Source: Catajapyx aquilonaris
Taxonomy: Eukaryota
Length of the DNA stretch: 40,301 nt
Reading direction: 5' to 3'
Assembly: GCA_000934665.2 (NCBI GenBank)
Contig: JYFJ02003547.1
Coordinates: forward strand, 1-40,301
Part shown: in pieces, positions 39,266-40,301 of the stretch
Numbering within the stretch: the stretch's first letter is position 1
Layout: each line of letters begins with the position of its first letter
The notes under the pieces: model-generated
What the model saw: the letters and a program-made list of their open reading frames with translations, nothing else
The model's database searches: none
What the model was told of the DNA's origin: nothing
Made by a program: the position numbers and the translations under genes

Positions 39266-39849
39266 CCGTATTACCTCTCATATTGCGGCACGCCGATATA
39301 AAACGAGGTCGACCAGCATGCCCGTATAACCCAGGGGTGTCCGGCATGCGGCAATAACCGAGGTAGATTTCCGTAATTTTGATCCTTGCCAAATTTTTTG
39401 GAAAGCTTCTGGTGCCATACTAAAATAATGTTACAATGAAAATGGGCGAGTGTACGTGCAGGCTGTGAGAATATGTCAGTTCTGTTGCACAGTGCATTTA
39501 AAAATGTAGAGTGTATGACCAATCCCATCGTCAGCCTGCTTTGACAGGGGAGCCCCCTGCTCTAACATACTGTTTAAATAAAGATTATTGCCAAACTCTG
39601 CGATTGAAAACAATATATGGTACGGGTACCCTATTTGGAAAATGTGCCTTTTCGATAGCCTTTACGTGAATTTCGATTTTCAGGCAAATGTCAAGTTCAG
39701 AAAGGATAATGTAACCTATGTGAAAACCTCGCCTTATACCGGCATACCTCGCTTAGACCGGCATGCCGGTATAGCCACCTGATCAAGCATTTTAAAAAAC
39801 TGGTCGACCTCGCCTACACCGGCATGCCGCAATATTAGAGGTAATACGG
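39266..39849. mobile_element. Tc1/mariner(pogo)-type non-autonomous element, 584 bp
   Basis: About 50-bp imperfect TIRs: ccgtattacctctcatattgcggcacgccgatataaaacgaggtcgaccag versus the reverse complement of ctggtcgacctcgcctacaccggcatgccgcaatattagaggtaatacgg. TA flanks at 39264-39265 and 39850-39851; repeated subterminal acctcg...ccggcat motifs. Confidence 0.85.
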
Positions 39850-40301
39850 TAATAGGCTACATGAAAATCTCTACTTATTCGGAATTTTCTCAGTTCGTTT
39901 TGTTGCCATCAGCCTATACTGCTTTCTATAGCGTATGCGCAAGTAATATGGTAAAATTGTTTTTAAAAACGTCGATATTGGTGCTCTATATTGTGGAATA
40001 GTGTTTGAGCAAAGCCATCACCGGTTTTGCAGTGAACTGTAGGAGATGATCGGATTAATTATTCTCCATAATTATTCTGCTTGCCACTGTACAGTATACT
40101 TGTATTACTAGATATTTGACGAAATTTCCACGCCAGAGATAAGTGCTACTGTATAATTATATCACAATTGCACATTAATCAAATAAGGGGGAATTCATCA
40201 GGGCACGAAACTATATACGGTATGTATAGTGTAGCCTACTGTACAGTAAATCCATTATAAGTAAAAAGCAATGACGTAGCCAGGATTCCGGTTCGGGGGG
40301 G

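Noticed and set aside
1..40301. CRISPR array, prokaryotic operon or defence system
   Set aside because: No regularly spaced repeats, no gene-dense ORF layout; spliced exons, microsatellites and MITEs indicate eukaryotic intronic DNA.

Overview
This window looks like AT-rich eukaryotic (animal-like, species not identifiable) genomic DNA and is almost entirely non-coding. The only protein-coding sequence I can support is two small spliced + strand exons (29613-29790, 178 nt; 31916-31989, 74 nt). They join in frame and encode part of the N-terminal membrane domain of a TMTC-family protein O-mannosyltransferase, closest to TMTC1 (YHxVNVLLH...[30 protein letters not shown]). The second exon is missing from the ORF track, and nearly all the listed ORFs look spurious. 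I found neither the preceding nor the following exon, so the rest is probably long introns. These contain at least five non-autonomous DNA transposons/MITEs: two Tc1/mariner-type with TA target-site duplications (TSDs), a near-perfect 148-bp palindrome with TTA TSD, a second PIF/Harbinger-like foldback, and a 1043-bp Kolobok-like element with TTAA TSD. There are also microsatellites and one N with a duplicated flank. The most unusual signal is a strong excess of TA-NNN-TA heptamers (TACAGTA/TACTGTA, TACGGTA/TACCGTA, TAGGCTA/TAGCCTA), sometimes chained. Two of these classes match the termini of the resident TA-targeting MITEs, suggesting a record of transposon excision footprints. I see no evidence for a novel multi-gene system, CRISPR array or RNA gene.
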